Positions 40,561 to 50,804 of a DNA stretch of 64,000 nt are shown here, piece by piece. The translations under genes were made by a program, and so were the position numbers. The stretch is taken from NCBI GenBank assembly GCA_008080735.1, contig SHMW01000003.1:32001-96000 (forward strand). Direction: 5' to 3'. Below the pieces are notes generated by a model. It did not search any database. It worked only from the letters and a program-made list of their open reading frames with translations, and had not been told where the DNA came from. How positions within the stretch are numbered: position 1 is the first letter of the stretch; each line of letters begins with the position of its first letter. Origin of the DNA: Promethearchaeota archaeon (GTDB taxonomy: Archaea > Asgardarchaeota > Lokiarchaeia > Sigyniarchaeales > SOKP01).

Positions 40561-41328
40561 ATGGATGAAATATTTTTTATTTCGGTAGTTTTTACTGTGG
40601 TTTTTATTTTCATTGTAATAATATGCTTAATCGGAAAAAGCGTTAAAACAGTGACTGAATACAAGCGTCTAATTGTGTTTCGGTTTGGGAAATACAGAAG
40701 AACAGTTGGTCCTGGGATCGTGTTTATTTTGCCGCTTATTGAAGTCTCTGAAGAAGTTGATCTTCGTATAAAAACCTTAGATATTGCTCGTCAGGAAATT
40801 ATTACCAAAGATAATATCCCCATAACCATAGATACATCGGTTTTTTATAAAGTAATTAATCCGGAATATGCAAAAACAAAGATAGAGAATTTTATGCGAG
40901 CTGTCTTGAATTATACCCAAGGTGCTCTTAGGGATGTTATTGGGAACATGGAGTTGGATGAAGTCTTGACTCAGAGAGAAAGAATATCAAGTGAAATAAG
41001 AAAAGTGGTAGATGAGGAAACAAGAGAATGGGGGGTTCAAATTACCCAAATCAAAATCCAGCAAATCGAACTTCCAGAAAATATGAAACGCGCGATGGCA
41101 GTACAAGCTGAAAAAGAAAGAGAAAAAAGAGCCTCTATCATCGCATCGGAAGGTGAATTAGAAGCATCCAAAAATATCGCAGAAGCAGGAAGGATTTTAT
41201 CAGAGACTCCCTCTGCCATTCAACTTCGAACGCTCCAAACGATCCAAGACATTTCTCAGGAACCTTCTCAAAAAATCGTTATCTTTCTCCCAACAGATCT
41301 CGGAAACCTTTTGGACAAACTTAAGTAA
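40561..41328 (+). CDS. SPFH/stomatin (band 7) family protein
   Basis: N-terminal TM, FRFG..GPG, DLR, ITKDN, AMAVQAE.ER, A.QLR.LQT. Confidence 0.92.
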   Translation: MDEIFFISVVFTVVFIFIVIICLIGKSVKTVTEYKRLIVFRFGKYRRTVGPGIVFILPLIEVSEEVDLRIKTLDIARQEIITKDNIPITIDTSVFYKVINPEYAKTKIENFMRAVLNYTQGALRDVIGNMELDEVLTQRERISSEIRKVVDEETREWGVQITQIKIQQIELPENMKRAMAVQAEKEREKRASIIASEGELEASKNIAEAGRILSETPSAIQLRTLQTIQDISQEPSQKIVIFLPTDLGNLLDKLK

Positions 41329-41454
41329 GAGAACATTATCATTCAAATTCTTTTTTATTTTTTTATCTTATAGCAAAAAATTAATAATCTCACATTCTAT
41401 GTGAATTATTAATAGTCGATTTCTATCTCATAAACTCCTACAATGTGAAATCTA

Positions 41455-42459
41455 ATGGAAAGTGTAGTTAATAAAACGGTTAAAAACCTTAAATTTGCAT
41501 TCTTACATGAATCGCAAATTCGATGTTTGTATGAAATTTTCGCGCAGAGAGCTTCCAAAGAGGGTTACAACCTTATTTCCAATTTTTTCGAGGATATGGC
41601 ATCCAACAAACAACAAAATACATATTGGAATTATATGATGCTACAAAAGATTGCTATCAAGAGTGATATTGAAGAATCATCCGTCAAATTCGAAGATATC
41701 CCCTCAATCGGGAATACCTCACAAAATCTAATGACCGCGATGAAAATTGAAGATTATGAATGGAGAGTAATGTATAAAGATTATGCCGAAGAGGCTCTTC
41801 GAGAAAGATATGAGGAAATTGCCTCCAGATTTCAAACTATCTCAGAGAGGGAACGCAAATTTTTTGAACGATTTAAGATTTTTTCGGAATTATTTGATGA
41901 GAATAAGTTGATTAGAAATGAGAGTGTAGTGGTCTGGGAATGTCAAGGATGTGGGTTTCAAATCCATAAAGAAAGCCTACCCGATGATTGGATTTGTCCT
42001 TCTTGTGGTCATATGAAACCCTATTTCCAGAAAAAGTTTCTCAATATTGACCAAGGTTCAACAGATATATGGATTTGCATGGAATGCGGGGAGGAGGTCT
42101 ATATGAAAAGTCTACCAGAAGACTTCAAATGTCCAAATTGCGGTAAATCGAGTGAATATTTTCGGAGGAAAAAAGCAGAAAACATATCCGATGATATCTT
42201 TAGTGTTTCTGAAACGATTTGGGAATGTATGGAATGTGGAAATGAGGTGAGGATGAGCGAAATCCCAGAGAATTGGAGATGTATCTCATGCGGCAAATCG
42301 AAATCTTATTTTAAGAGAAAATCGGGAAAAGCAGATACAACAAAGTATGCTTTTAAACAACGAGAAAAAGCCATTTGGTATTGTCCCATATGTGGAAGAG
42401 AAGTTGAAATTGAGCTCCCTGAAGATTGGAATTGCCCTTATTGCGGCTCGAAGGGTTAA
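41455..42459 (+). CDS. rubrerythrin-like protein with four tandem rubredoxin-like domains
   Basis: N-terminal ferritin-like domain (T.KNL..AF..ES, A.KEGY); four WxCxxCG...CxxCG units. Confidence 0.85.
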   Translation: MESVVNKTVKNLKFAFLHESQIRCLYEIFAQRASKEGYNLISNFFEDMASNKQQNTYWNYMMLQKIAIKSDIEESSVKFEDIPSIGNTSQNLMTAMKIEDYEWRVMYKDYAEEALRERYEEIASRFQTISERERKFFERFKIFSELFDENKLIRNESVVVWECQGCGFQIHKESLPDDWICPSCGHMKPYFQKKFLNIDQGSTDIWICMECGEEVYMKSLPEDFKCPNCGKSSEYFRRKKAENISDDIFSVSETIWECMECGNEVRMSEIPENWRCISCGKSKSYFKRKSGKADTTKYAFKQREKAIWYCPICGREVEIELPEDWNCPYCGSKG

Positions 42460-42526
42460 TGTGCGGTTTTTGAATTATGATTTATTATGTAATTAATTTT
42501 TAATTTTTGTATTAATTGAAAAAAGT

Positions 42527-43723
42527 ATGCCTTTTGAAAAAGAAATCGAAACCGCTAAGAACCATTTCGAAAAAATACTTCAAGAGCAATTAGAACGAGT
42601 TGAACATTTAAAACAAGAGGGAGATTGGATCGATTATTCGGAATTGGCACCTATCATTATAGGGATCATCGGGGGAGATGGAATCGGTCCAGAAATCTCA
42701 CGACACGCAAGATCCGTGCTTGAATTTCTTTTAGCAGATGAAATTCGGGAACATAAAGTGGAATTAAGAGACATTGAAGGACTAACCATCGAAAATCGTG
42801 CAAAATTAATGCAACCCGTTCCAGATGACGTTTTAGAAGAGATTAAGAGATGTCATGTGTTATTAAAAGGACCAACTACAACCCCACGCAAGGGAGATAA
42901 ATGGCCGAATATTGAAAGTGCAAATGTCGCACTACGCCGAAAATTGGACCTCTTTGCCAATATACGCCCTGTGAAAGTTCCAGAAAAAAATATTGATTGG
43001 ACATTTTTTAGAGAAAATACGGAAGGTGCCTATGTCTTAGGTTCAAAAGGACTCAACATAACGGAAGATTTAGCCATAGATTTCAAAGCAATAACTACTC
43101 AAGGAGCAGAACGTATTATTCGTCTGGCTTTCGATTACGCCAAAAAAAATAATATTAACAGAGTAACCGTTGTTACAAAAGCAAATGTGGTAAAAGCGTC
43201 TGATGGAAAGTTTTTAGCCATCGCGGAAAAGGTTGCAAGCGAGTATCCCGAGGTTAAGTGGGATGATTGGTATATTGATATCATGACAGCAAAACTGATC
43301 GATCCTTCCCGTCAGAGCCAGTTTAAAGTATTTGTTGCCCCAAACCTTTACGGCGATATTATTACAGATGAAGCCGCTCAAATGCAAGGGGGAGTAGGAA
43401 CGGCAGGCAGCGTGAATCTTGGGAAACGATATGCTATGTTCGAGGCTATCCACGGGTCTGCTCTGCGTATGGTCGAAGAAGGGCGGACTAAATATGCCGA
43501 CCCGTCTAGTCTCTTAAGGGCGGTCGTAATGATGTTAGATCATATCGGATTTAATTCGAAAGCAATTCACCTTGATATGGCTCTTGATATTTGTGGGATA
43601 TATGAAAAAAAAATATTTCCTACAGGGCGCTCGAATGGTGCAACTGGAGAAGAATTCGCGCAATATATTATGGAAACATTACAAGATCCTAATCTGGAGC
43701 AACAATGGCAATCTTTTCAGTAA
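42527..43723 (+). CDS. isocitrate/isopropylmalate dehydrogenase family protein
   Basis: GDGIGPEI, LKGPTTTP, SANVALRRKLDLFANIRP, RENTEG, NLYGDI, FEAIHGSA. Confidence 0.92.
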   Translation: MPFEKEIETAKNHFEKILQEQLERVEHLKQEGDWIDYSELAPIIIGIIGGDGIGPEISRHARSVLEFLLADEIREHKVELRDIEGLTIENRAKLMQPVPDDVLEEIKRCHVLLKGPTTTPRKGDKWPNIESANVALRRKLDLFANIRPVKVPEKNIDWTFFRENTEGAYVLGSKGLNITEDLAIDFKAITTQGAERIIRLAFDYAKKNNINRVTVVTKANVVKASDGKFLAIAEKVASEYPEVKWDDWYIDIMTAKLIDPSRQSQFKVFVAPNLYGDIITDEAAQMQGGVGTAGSVNLGKRYAMFEAIHGSALRMVEEGRTKYADPSSLLRAVVMMLDHIGFNSKAIHLDMALDICGIYEKKIFPTGRSNGATGEEFAQYIMETLQDPNLEQQWQSFQ

Positions 43724-43968
43724 TATCTCTTTCATTTTTGTACATTCTCACGCTTCAATCGCAAATAGTAACATTTTAGTCTTATCTACTTCAAATGAAT
43801 CAACTTCTTTATATTAATTTTGGACATTTTTAGCCACCTTTGAAGGATTCTTTTTCGCAGACTAATTAAATTTGCTATTCTGTCTACGTCTCTTCTTAAC
43901 TCGTTAGATTTATTAAACGTTATTTATTAATGTTCTTAATCAAGAATAGCTTCTTATTCCAATAAGTT

Positions 43969-45276
43969 ATGAATATACCAATTTTGATTTTTGCATTTAT
44001 TGTTTTCGCAATCATCATTATTAGCTATTCATTCGAGAAACTTGATTTTGTGGCCATTTCCTTGCTTTTTAGTTTCATCGCAGCGACCGTTACAGGGGTG
44101 GTCTTGGGAATAGGAATAAATACGTTTGTAGGCCATATTGAGTTTGAAGCGATTATAATCATCCTTAGTATGAGTGTGATCACTAAAATTGCCGAGGATT
44201 CCGCAATTCTAGAATATCTCGCCGTGAAATTGTTTAAAATCTCGAGGGGAAACCAGCGCGTATTTTTCTATTTCATCTGCATTATCACCACGCTCCTGGC
44301 GGCAATCATTACCGATGTCGTCGTTGTCTTAATAATCGCACCAGTCGTGATTCGACTCTGCCATTTTTTAAAAATTAGGTCTGGTACATATCTGATGGGT
44401 ATGACGATCTCGATAAACATTGGCTCTATTATTACTCCCTTCAGCTCGGGAGAGAACATCATCATCTCCACTGCATTTGGACTCGACACCCTCTATTTCC
44501 TACAGAACTATTGGATTTTCGCGTTTCTATTGTTGTTCCTTACGGTCTATTTACTGGATAAATTTTATCTCAGCAAGGAGCCGAAAATCGAGGAGCAACA
44601 AAAACGATTTGTGATTGAACTTATAGATAGCGATGTAATGATTAAAAATAAAACGATGTTTTTTGTAAATGCGGTCGGTATTATTATCACGATTGCTTTA
44701 TTTGCTATTTTGCCCGCTCTATATCTTACCGCGTTGATTGCAGCAATGATACTGGCTCTTATAAACAAAAAGTTTACCAAAAAATCTATGAGTGAGCTTT
44801 TACGGGATGTGGAATGGGAGATTATCTTCTTTTTCATATCGCTTTATCTCGTCGTGGGCTGTCTCTTAGAGGCAGGATTTCGAGAGATCTTCGTCGCAAT
44901 TCCCTTTAATGTATTGCACCCAATTTTATTGAGCTTTATTCTTCTAATTGTTGTTAGTGTGATGAGCGGGGCTGTTGCGAATACTCCTACTGCGTTGATC
45001 TTTATTCCGATTGTCCAAACTCTCACCGATACTTTTGGATTTGCCCCACTTCCCCTATACTTCGCCTTCATCATTGGGATCAACCTGGGAGGTAACTTTC
45101 TTGTCCAAGGAGCCGCCTGTGATATGATGACGCTCAAGATCGCACAAGACTCCGGAGTCGCAAATCTTGACTATAAACGGTTGGCAAAGAATGGTGCGTT
45201 ATTCGCATTAATCCATATCGGAGCATCAACAATATATTTATTGGGAATTTCCCTTATTACAATGCTTATAGGATGA
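43969..45276 (+). CDS. SLC13/ArsB-NhaD (IT superfamily) permease, paralog A
   Basis: About 11 TM; NIGSIITPF..EN, DVEWE..FFF, ANTP, NLGGN. Confidence 0.88.
   Translation: MNIPILIFAFIVFAIIIISYSFEKLDFVAISLLFSFIAATVTGVVLGIGINTFVGHIEFEAIIIILSMSVITKIAEDSAILEYLAVKLFKISRGNQRVFFYFICIITTLLAAIITDVVVVLIIAPVVIRLCHFLKIRSGTYLMGMTISINIGSIITPFSSGENIIISTAFGLDTLYFLQNYWIFAFLLLFLTVYLLDKFYLSKEPKIEEQQKRFVIELIDSDVMIKNKTMFFVNAVGIIITIALFAILPALYLTALIAAMILALINKKFTKKSMSELLRDVEWEIIFFFISLYLVVGCLLEAGFREIFVAIPFNVLHPILLSFILLIVVSVMSGAVANTPTALIFIPIVQTLTDTFGFAPLPLYFAFIIGINLGGNFLVQGAACDMMTLKIAQDSGVANLDYKRLAKNGALFALIHIGASTIYLLGISLITMLIG
44431..44471 (+). repeat. 41-bp perfect inverted repeat shared with 49311-49351
   Basis: ATTACTCCCTTCAGCTCGGGAGAGAACATCATCATCTCCAC is the exact reverse complement of 49311-49351. 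Confidence 0.85.
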
Positions 45277-45522
45277 GTTTCTTTTTCAATGTATGGTATA
45301 CTCAAAATTTATTCTATCCTAATAGATAGTTTCTTTGATTAGTACAATCCAAATCCTATTTTTAGATAATATTTTAGAAAATAACTTACAAAATTGTTAT
45401 CTTTTAAAAGTAAAATGCGATATTGGCTATATGATATTACCCTACCCATTAAAAGGATCATTTAATATAATAGCTATTGAGAAATCTAAATTCAAATTTA
45501 AATAAAATGGAGGCGAAATAAT

Positions 45523-46332
45523 GTGCCAAGAAAATTGGTAAATGGGGCAGAACTTTATTACGAAATTCATGGGGATGGAGAGCCTATTGTAATGATCATG
45601 GGTTTAAGTGCAAACATTGATTGGTGGACACCGGAATTTTTAGAAGAATTAGAAAGGAGATATAAGACTATCCTCTTCGACAATCGGGACGCCGGACGTT
45701 CTGATAATGTGGAAAAGAAATATCAAATTGAAGACCTAGCGAAGGATACAATAAAGCTTATGGATCAATTGGATATCGATAGAGCCCATATTTTAGGAAT
45801 AAGTATGGGTGGAATGGTCGCACAAGAAATTGCTTTGAATTACCCAGAACGAGTAAAAAAATTGGTCCTTGCGTCTACAAATTTGGGTAATCCAAAATCG
45901 ATTCTTCCCTCTGGAAAAGTCCTAAATATGCTCATGAAAGATAGAGAGGGTCGTTCGAATGAAGAAATAATTGATGAGTTTATCTCACTTCTTTTTGCGA
46001 ATGACTTTATCGACGAAAATCCAGAGTTTATCAAAAAAACCAAAAAGAGGATGATGAAGGCACCCATCAAACCCGATGCTTATCAGAGACAATTAAATGC
46101 CATTTTGAAGTTTAAAACGGGGCGGAGGCTTAAAGGATTAAACATACCAACATTGGTTATTCATGGAAAGAAAGATATTTTATTACCCCCCGAAAACGGT
46201 GAAATTATCGCAGATCTGATTCCAAATGCGAATTTAAAACTTTTTGAGGGAGCAGGGCATAGCTTGTTTTCCCATATTCCTAAAAAGACCTCGAAGACTA
46301 TAATTGAGTACTTAGAAAATCATAACAACTAA
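45523..46332 (+). CDS. alpha/beta hydrolase
   Basis: DNRDAGRS, GISMGG, HG..D, GH; GGAGG SD before the GTG start. Confidence 0.9.
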   Translation: MPRKLVNGAELYYEIHGDGEPIVMIMGLSANIDWWTPEFLEELERRYKTILFDNRDAGRSDNVEKKYQIEDLAKDTIKLMDQLDIDRAHILGISMGGMVAQEIALNYPERVKKLVLASTNLGNPKSILPSGKVLNMLMKDREGRSNEEIIDEFISLLFANDFIDENPEFIKKTKKRMMKAPIKPDAYQRQLNAILKFKTGRRLKGLNIPTLVIHGKKDILLPPENGEIIADLIPNANLKLFEGAGHSLFSHIPKKTSKTIIEYLENHNN

Positions 46333-46360
46333 TTGGAAGGAACGATTAAAAAAAAAAAAT

Positions 46361-48406
46361 TTAGAATTGGGTAATGACTGCGCAATGGTCAGATGCTTCA
46401 GAACAATACACCTCACTTTCAAGTGGGGTTAGATCTGTTGAACACATGATGTAGTCTATCCTTTTTTGTGGTTCAAATTCATCATCAAAATGACCTGTAT
46501 AGCCCGGATCTGTGTTTAATTTTCTATATGTATCCGTAAAGTTCAGACTTGAAATTGTGCTATTTATTAAAGAATATTCAAAATCAGTGGGTTCAAAATT
46601 AAAATCACCCATCCAGACGATCTTCTCAAAGGTTGATTCATTCATTTCATTAACGATAGCTTTAACTTGCTCAATTCGGTCGTCTTTCTTCGTGGATAAA
46701 TGTGTTACATAAACTGTCCAAAGTGATGAATTGATTTCTAGATTGGCTTTTATCATCGATCTGGGTTCCGCTGATGACACATTTAAAGGCAGCTTTATGA
46801 TTTCCGCATTCAATATTGGATATTTGCTTAAAAGCACATTTCCATAGTGTTTATAGAACGTATACCCATAGAAGTAATACATATTCAATTTATGGGCGAA
46901 GTAAGAACCAATATCGATAAATGAAGTTTTGAGTGCACCAAGATCCACTTCATTTAATCCGAGTACATCGGGATCTTGTCTTTTAATCTGCTCGATCAAT
47001 CGGTCTAATTCAAATTTGTCATCTACACCGATTGCATTATGTATGTTCCACGTCATAAAAGTAGGATTTTCACTTGCCGGAGGTACTGGTCTTCTCTGTA
47101 ATGCAATAACACCCAGTGCAGTACTACTTATTATGAAAACTCCTATGAAAAGATAACCAGTAGATTTTCTGTTAAATTTTAAATTAAAATCTCTTCTTTC
47201 TGATATTTTGCTGAAGTTCTTTACCTCACAAGTTATCATCAGTACCCCTGCTGTTCCGATTAATATTATTATATTGATAAGCAATGAGATGTATTCATAC
47301 CATAACACTTGCACTTGGATAATTATAAAGATAAGAATTGTCATAAAAAAAATGATAAGTCCAAACAGTAGTCTGAGGCGATAATTGAAAGAATAAGCGT
47401 TAAAAAGATACAATATATAATATACGAGAAAGAAAAGATTGACAATTGTAGTGAAGGTAAAAAATATAGTCGCAAGAGAACTTCTGGGAACGCCAATGAA
47501 CAGTATAGAAAGACCATTTACGAAGAGAAATAAAATCCCAAGAATTATCGAAAATATGCGTATCATATTTTTATTTAATTGTAAAAGCACCCTAGTAGTG
47601 ATATAAAAGGCAGCAACGGCAGTTATAAGAATTATTAATATATAATAGGTGAATCCATAACTTATCCAAGGAAACAGCAACTCGGTATTTTGATAGTTGA
47701 GATTAATAAGTCCATAAGCGGATAATGCCATCGGATTAAAAAACCACATAATACCCGTTAAAAATAAGACACCGAGGATAATGAAATGCACATAGGAGAT
47801 TTTCTTTTTACCATTTTGATTCCTGGAGTTTTCAGATAATGATGGTAAATTTCTGGGAAAATATTCATATTTATTTATTGTATTAATGCAAATTAAAATG
47901 ATAATCAGGGGAATAAGTTTGGTAAAATTTGTCGTTATATTAGATGAAATATCAATTATCAGAAATATAAACTGAATTCCTAACCCCAGAATTAATCCCG
48001 CAATCAATTCATTAACATTTAAATAATTCTCCCGAGTTTGAGTCAGTATAATCATCTCGTTGAAAAAGATCATTCCCGAAAAGAGGAGCAAGAAGTTTAG
48101 CATTAATAGTATTGATGTCCAGGAAATAAATTGCGCGATCAATCTAACAACAGTAATAATTATGATTATTAGCGAAATCCTGTATTTGTGGACCACGATC
48201 TTCTTTGTATTAAAGCTTACTACCAATATAACAATCAAGATTATGCTTATTATTAATATTGGCAAAAGAGATATGATTTCTGAAAGGTTCATAAAGACAT
48301 AGGCATTAATTTCGACGATGAGGTTGTAAAATGCTTCAATGAAGAAATATAGTATAATTCCAACAAGGAAAATATTTGCGATTTTTGAAAGTTCTTGATC
48401 TTTCAT
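46361..48406 (-). CDS. polytopic membrane protein with C-terminal EEP (endo/exonuclease/phosphatase) domain, CWH43/PGAP2IP-like architecture
   Basis: More than 10 TM helices, then TWNIH, LNEVD, GNVLLSKYPI, THL, GDFN, IDYI, SDH. Confidence 0.85.
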   Translation of the reverse strand: MKDQELSKIANIFLVGIILYFFIEAFYNLIVEINAYVFMNLSEIISLLPILIISIILIVILVVSFNTKKIVVHKYRISLIIIIITVVRLIAQFISWTSILLMLNFLLLFSGMIFFNEMIILTQTRENYLNVNELIAGLILGLGIQFIFLIIDISSNITTNFTKLIPLIIILICINTINKYEYFPRNLPSLSENSRNQNGKKKISYVHFIILGVLFLTGIMWFFNPMALSAYGLINLNYQNTELLFPWISYGFTYYILIILITAVAAFYITTRVLLQLNKNMIRIFSIILGILFLFVNGLSILFIGVPRSSLATIFFTFTTIVNLFFLVYYILYLFNAYSFNYRLRLLFGLIIFFMTILIFIIIQVQVLWYEYISLLINIIILIGTAGVLMITCEVKNFSKISERRDFNLKFNRKSTGYLFIGVFIISSTALGVIALQRRPVPPASENPTFMTWNIHNAIGVDDKFELDRLIEQIKRQDPDVLGLNEVDLGALKTSFIDIGSYFAHKLNMYYFYGYTFYKHYGNVLLSKYPILNAEIIKLPLNVSSAEPRSMIKANLEINSSLWTVYVTHLSTKKDDRIEQVKAIVNEMNESTFEKIVWMGDFNFEPTDFEYSLINSTISSLNFTDTYRKLNTDPGYTGHFDDEFEPQKRIDYIMCSTDLTPLESEVYCSEASDHCAVITQF

Positions 48407-48514
48407 TATTTTTTTATTATAGATTTGGTTGATATAATATTTGATTTAGTTCCTCATTATTTAATTATTATGCATATGAAATGAATAAACCATAATTAAG
48501 ACTAAATTATAAGC

Positions 48515-49840
48515 TTAAGAAAAGAATATCGCAAGAATTAGAGAATATACAGTTGAAAGAATAATGTGAATGATTGCGAAGGTTGCGCCAACTTTTAGTA
48601 ATCTTTTGTAGTTAAAGTTTTCCACGCCCGCATCCTGGGCAATCTTGAGCGTCATAACATCGCAGGCAGCTCCCTGAGGTATTAAATTCCCACCAATATT
48701 AATCCCAATAATAAAAGCGAAGTATATTGGTATACTGGCGAACCCATAGACATTAGTAAGGGTTTCAATTATGGGGATGAACACTAAAGCTGTAGGTGTA
48801 TTCGCGACAAACCCAGAAATTAAACTCACGGCGATCAAAATGATTAAAGAGATGAGGATCGGAGGGACGACTTGAAATGGAATATTAATAAATATCTCTT
48901 TAAACCCCGCTTCTAGTAAACAACCAATTACGATATAAAGGGATAAGAAAAAGAAAATTATTTCCCATTCCACATCCTTTAACAACACAGCAGCTTTCTT
49001 TTTGGTAAAGCGTTTATTTATAATGACCAAGAGGAAAGCCGATAAAACGGCGGTGAGATAGAGAAGAGGTAAAATCGCGAATAAGGCGATGGTGACGATA
49101 ATTGCCACACTATTAAAATAGAACATTTTCTTATTAGATACCATAGTATCCGCGTCAATTAACTCTAAAACGAATCGTTTTTGTTGTTCCTCTATTTTCG
49201 GCTCTTTACTGAGATAAAATTTGTCAATTAGAAATATCGTAATGAAGAGGAGACTAAAGGAGAAGATCCAGTAATTTTGGATGAAATATAAGGTATCCAA
49301 CCCAAACGCGGTGGAGATGATGATGTTCTCTCCCGAGCTGAAGGGAGTAATGATGGATCCGATATTAATGCACACTGTCATTCCAAGTAAGTAAGTACCC
49401 GCTCGAATCTTTAAGAATCGGCATAACCGAATCACCACGGGCCCCAAAATTAATACCACAACGACATCGGTGATAATTGCCGCAAGAAGTGTCGTAATAA
49501 CGCATAAAAAATAAAAAAAGACCCTCTGATTTCCTTTGGAAAGTTTAAACAGTTTTACTGCAAGGAATTCCAAGATATTTGAATCTTGAGCAATTTTGGT
49601 GATGATACTCATACTCAATATGACCAAAATAGCTTCAAATTCGATTACTTGTAAGAAATCATTAATCGTTAATCCTTGGAGAATTCCCGTTACGGTGGCA
49701 GCGGTGAAGCTTAGAACGATGGAGATTGCCACAAAATCAAGTTTCTCAAAAGTATAACTGATAATGATTAACGCAAAAACGATAAACACAAAAACCAAGA
49801 GAGGGATATTTAGCGGTGCCATTTCATTGGAATGATTCAC
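48515..49840 (-). CDS. SLC13/ArsB-NhaD permease, paralog B
   Basis: Aligns along its whole length with 43969-45276. Confidence 0.88.
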   Translation of the reverse strand: MNHSNEMAPLNIPLLVFVFIVFALIIISYTFEKLDFVAISIVLSFTAATVTGILQGLTINDFLQVIEFEAILVILSMSIITKIAQDSNILEFLAVKLFKLSKGNQRVFFYFLCVITTLLAAIITDVVVVLILGPVVIRLCRFLKIRAGTYLLGMTVCINIGSIITPFSSGENIIISTAFGLDTLYFIQNYWIFSFSLLFITIFLIDKFYLSKEPKIEEQQKRFVLELIDADTMVSNKKMFYFNSVAIIVTIALFAILPLLYLTAVLSAFLLVIINKRFTKKKAAVLLKDVEWEIIFFFLSLYIVIGCLLEAGFKEIFINIPFQVVPPILISLIILIAVSLISGFVANTPTALVFIPIIETLTNVYGFASIPIYFAFIIGINIGGNLIPQGAACDVMTLKIAQDAGVENFNYKRLLKVGATFAIIHIILSTVYSLILAIFFS

Positions 49841-49913
49841 GAGTGACTAAGAAATTAAAGAGTGATCCTCTAATAAATCTACCTAATATAAAAAATTAAA
49901 GCTTTCCAGCGCT

Positions 49914-50750
49914 CTATTCCAATAATATCAATGATAATAGGAATTTATCTAAATTTAATTCTTTCAAAAGAACAAGGTTATTAATAAGATAACTAAATAA
50001 ATCTTCTTCCATAAAATGATTCAAGCTTTCTTGCCTTCCTAATTCATTTTTCAAGATTTCTATACATCGTTTAAGTAAATCAATTAATAAGCGTTCTACT
50101 AACATCATATCAACAGCGTTAGGATTTATGTTGATGATATTAAACCCAGACTCTTTAGTAAACTCAATTTTTTGTAATTCGGGATCTTTTTCAAAATCAG
50201 GTAAATTCCGAAATTCAAAATACATCTTTTCCATTTTATTGATGAGATGTTTTTTCTGGTCCAACTGCGAGACAATATTCATTATAATATTTAAGATTTG
50301 CTGGAAGATACCCAAAATATCAAAAAACTCAGCTATGGTGGTAATATTTTCCGCTTGTTTCCATTGATGGTAATATTCATCAATCGTTTTTTTAAAAGGT
50401 ACAAAAATTTCTGTGTTTCCGTCCCATTCATCTCTATCATAATTTTGATTTACTACATATTCCTGTAAGAAGGATTTTTTAATAATGTTTAAACGCGCCC
50501 TTAATATTTCAGCACTCACATCCTTATTATCCGCTGCGATAAAGAGTAAATTTGAATCGCTGTCTTCGAGATATACCCATCTAAGCCCCCCCATTTCGAT
50601 ACTCTCAATCCCTTGTTTAAATTCAAATACCGTAAACTGATTTAGAGCGGTTAAAAGTCCAGAGACTAAATCCTCATTTACCATTAAATCTTGATAGGGT
50701 TGGTAAAGCAAGGTTACTCCCGAATCACTGTCTAATATCCATACATTCAT
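49914..50750 (-). CDS. longin-like domain protein (Asgard type)
   Basis: SGVTLLY..DLVSGLLTALNQF..IESIEMGG..LLFIA..F pattern typical of Asgard longin/roadblock-like domains. Confidence 0.7.
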   Translation of the reverse strand: MNVWILDSDSGVTLLYQPYQDLMVNEDLVSGLLTALNQFTVFEFKQGIESIEMGGLRWVYLEDSDSNLLFIAADNKDVSAEILRARLNIIKKSFLQEYVVNQNYDRDEWDGNTEIFVPFKKTIDEYYHQWKQAENITTIAEFFDILGIFQQILNIIMNIVSQLDQKKHLINKMEKMYFEFRNLPDFEKDPELQKIEFTKESGFNIININPNAVDMMLVERLLIDLLKRCIEILKNELGRQESLNHFMEEDLFSYLINNLVLLKELNLDKFLLSLILLE

Positions 50751-50804
50751 TGTGAAATTTTTTCCTTTTATTGGGAATAGAGTAGATTCTCTTTAGATTA
50801 ATTT

